Source of the DNA: Stylophora pistillata
Lineage: Eukaryota
Length of the DNA stretch: 64,000 bases
Direction: 5' to 3'
NCBI RefSeq assembly: GCF_002571385.2
Contig: NW_019217845.1
Location: 289,452 to 353,451, forward strand
Shown here: in pieces, positions 61,639 to 64,000 of the stretch
Numbering within the stretch: position 1 is the stretch's first letter
Layout of the letters: each line of letters opens with the position of its first letter
The notes under the pieces: model-generated
Told to the model about the DNA's origin: nothing
What the model saw: only the letters and a program-made list of their open reading frames with translations
The model's database searches: none
Translations under genes and position numbers: made by a program

Positions 61639-64000
61639 TTTAGAAGCTTTCTTGAACTTTTTCTCGTGTTTTTTTTCTAGAAGGGGAGGAGGACGATGGT
61701 TGGGGACGCTTTATTCTCACGGGGCATCTATCCCCCAGGGGTTTAAATGATTATACCCAGCAGTAGAGTGGTGTCCCTTTCAACAGAATGATACGTCAGC
61801 GTCGTTCTTGTAAGAGCAGCCGTAGAAGATCTACTCAACTTTTGACCCGCTCCCTCGAAAACTTGACAATAAAGTGAATAGTTTTCCTTGAAAAACTCGA
61901 TATTTTTTTTTCCCCTCAGGATTGAGTCCCACCACTCTGCAGGCGCTGGCCAAACTCGTGAATGCGCGCACAGTGAACACAGCTTTAGTCGCTTTGGTGA
62001 GTCAAAAATAGTTTTTTACTGATCAATGTGCGTAGTACAGCGTCCTGCGTTAAAAACACCAAGCTGCGTGCAGGTTCTCATCTCAAACAATTGGCTGAAA
62101 ATAGGCATAACTAAAGGAGCGCTCACAACGAAAAGCAATTTACGAGAAAAAGAAATATTCTTCACTTCTGCGTATTCTCGATGAGGAATTTCAGTTTGTG
62201 ACCAGAGGAAATTTTGAGAACTATTCTAAATCTTGCCGACTGTGTGAGATAACGTTCAGTTGGTAATGTGTCTTTCCTGTAAGTGTTTCGTTTGTCAGTT
62301 TGTCAGTACGCATATTATATTAACATATTTTATATCAACGTGTGACTTGAAGCTGTTATTTGTTTTACGAAAACATTGAGTTTGTTTTTCCTCTCTTTGT
62401 GTTACAGTTTAGCCAGGTTTTGTCATGTTTCGCCCAAGGAATGAACAATGTACAGGTGCCCCTAAATCTTAAGTTATGGCGTACGTCTGGCTGTCACGAG
62501 CTGTTGGCCTCTCTCGGCTTTGATCTGATTGGTGTGGGCAAAGATGAAGTGATGCTTAGATCCGGCAAAGCCAACAGCAGACGCGCTGTACAGTGCACTG
62601 TGCAGGCCTTGTGTGCTCTCACAGGTAAACATACAAGTTATGGTAATTTTACCAACGTGCTCGGCTGATCTTGCAACAAAGAAAGCCTTGTTAAACAGGT
62701 TTATTTTCAAGCTGGCATCTTTGCGGACGGCTTGCATCTCAAGAGAATAACGTGGCATGTTGTATGGAAACAACGTTGTAAACATGCTCTGTGATTGGTT
62801 ACCGAAAAGCATGCGCTGTTATTAGTCAATCGGAACGGGGATGTTGCGCTTTCAGATAATTAGGAGGGTTAGGTGTCTCACGTTTGGCACCCTTAGATGC
62901 ACCGTCAGTATACTTGCGAGAAAGGCGAAACTTACTATGAACACAACCTTATTTTGTTTTGTTTTTTTTCAGATTCAGAAAATCCCGCAGAAAAGGAAGA
63001 TCCTACCTTTAAACTGTCTAAAGTTCATTCCGCTTCGACTGTCATCTCCAACTTATCACTCAAATCAGCTTCTATCGACTCGGATCTTGATACAAAGTCC
63101 AAAGATTTTGACCTTAGTTCCAACGATGTTAGCAATTTAAGGAGCTCTAGTAAGGGTTCCAAAACTACAATCACCTCCAGGCCAGTGAAAACTGAGGCTC
63201 GTCCTTCCAACGAGTCGATAAACTCGGCAGCAGTAGAGGAAGCCGAGAGAAGAAGCTTTCGCGCTCTCTCCAAATCACAGCCTTTGCTTGTAAACAGGAA
63301 TCATTCGAACGCTGTAAACCCCTATTCAAGTTTCAACGGACACGTGCGCAGTGCCGTCAAGCAACAGTCAACCTCGTCTGTCGTGGATCATACGCGAAAT
63401 TCTTCAGTAGCCGACCCATCCGACTCAGACGTCGATAGTTACTCGGACATTGTCGGTCAGCGCTCGTGGAAGGATTCGTCAAATCGGCAAACTGTCGATC
63501 TTACGGAGGATAGCTCTCTGTCAAATACTAGACAATCAATTTTAAATGGTGTTTCGCTCTCAAGGGTAACTAATTCCAATCCAACGGGGAGTGTTGTTGC
63601 TTTTCCGATACAACAACGTCGAGCTAAGGAAAATCAAGCAAGAACTGAAAAACAGGTGGTGGCGAGTACACCGAATCAAAGTCACAAGCCGGGTGTTAAT
63701 GGTACGAGACCTAAGCCTATATCTGGGTATCTACCGGATGCTTCTTATATCAATGGGGACAGGGTACACCGAGGGGAGTCCCTAAATGAGGAAGGCTATC
63801 AACGAGGAAGGCCTCAGGGAAGGAGTCGGAGCGAGAGCCAGGAACCTGTCTCTAAAAACGGACCTTATAGCCGATCGAAGTCAATTCCAAGGCAGAGAGA
63901 GAATGGGTCGAGTGATGAGGAGGAAACTACGCATGCTCGTGACAGACGTTGGGCGAAGAGTAGTACAGACTTGAGAACTCATCGTGTAGTAACTGCCATT
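37664..64000 (+). CDS. TTC28: tetratricopeptide repeat protein 28 (TPR array + CHAT domain + low-complexity tail); 3'-partial
   Basis: Exons: candidate start 37664-37684 (MYRLSFG|gt, uncertain), 37767-38009, 52479-52626, 56019-60718, 61298-61535, 61920-61996, 62408-62624, 62973->64000; phases consistent. N-terminal TPRs (LYGNRSAAF, WSKAYYRQGVAL), many GRAYGNLG-type repeats, CHAT region (IHFATHVSWKLSSL, HPSNWAGFILVG) and TTC28 C-terminal motifs. Confidence 0.93.
42066..42346. mobile_element. two adjacent copies of a short palindromic MITE
   Basis: Repeated ggttgt(c/t)(c/a)aa...ggataa...tatcc...ctggatagcaatttatc... The second copy has TIR ggcccggttgtt ... aacaaccgggcc. Confidence 0.65.
52843..53560. 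other. assembly gap
   Basis: N run. Confidence 1.
53596..53676. repeat. 27-bp tandem repeat x3 (GGCGGCTCTGTGCCAACGGCGGAACAT)
   Basis: Directly visible beside the gap. Confidence 0.85.
60845..60985 (-). mobile_element. probable SINE 3' fragment in a TTC28 intron
   Basis: ctaggagta...tactcccc...gggatgctagtcca motif resembles a common cnidarian SINE. Recognised from memory only. Confidence 0.4.

Overview
AT-rich, intron-rich animal genomic DNA, most likely a scleractinian coral (judged from gene content and repeat families; not verified). It has three N-gaps. Genes: PPIL2 (U-box cyclophilin, +, 5' end upstream of the window, stop at 15135); a KCTD7/14-like BTB protein (+); an intronless YqaJ/lambda-exonuclease-like PD-(D/E)XK nuclease (+); GDPD1/3-like lysophospholipase D (-); and TTC28 (TPR+CHAT, +, runs off the 3' end, one 4.7-kb exon). 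Two PPIL2 introns carry antisense fragments of other genes. One is the three 5' exons of an acidic-N-terminus gene, inside a 4.3-kb block bounded by a perfect 66-bp direct repeat. The other is a truncated LicD/fukutin-like exon between SINE copies, at the point where a PPIL2 exon is missing. Either may be a real rearrangement or a misassembly. Repeats: LINE fragments, a tRNA-derived SINE family, TTAA-flanked MITEs (including an inverted pair of ~780-bp Kolobok-like copies), a minimal hammerhead ribozyme, minisatellites and a 297-bp tandem array. The most striking unexplained signal is two ~115-nt palindromes of different sequence (5048-5162, and each unit of the 297-bp array). They fold into the same strand-specific hairpin, with a GCGNAGC triloop and tandem G.A mismatches at identical positions, suggesting a structure-recognised ssDNA mobility or recombination site.
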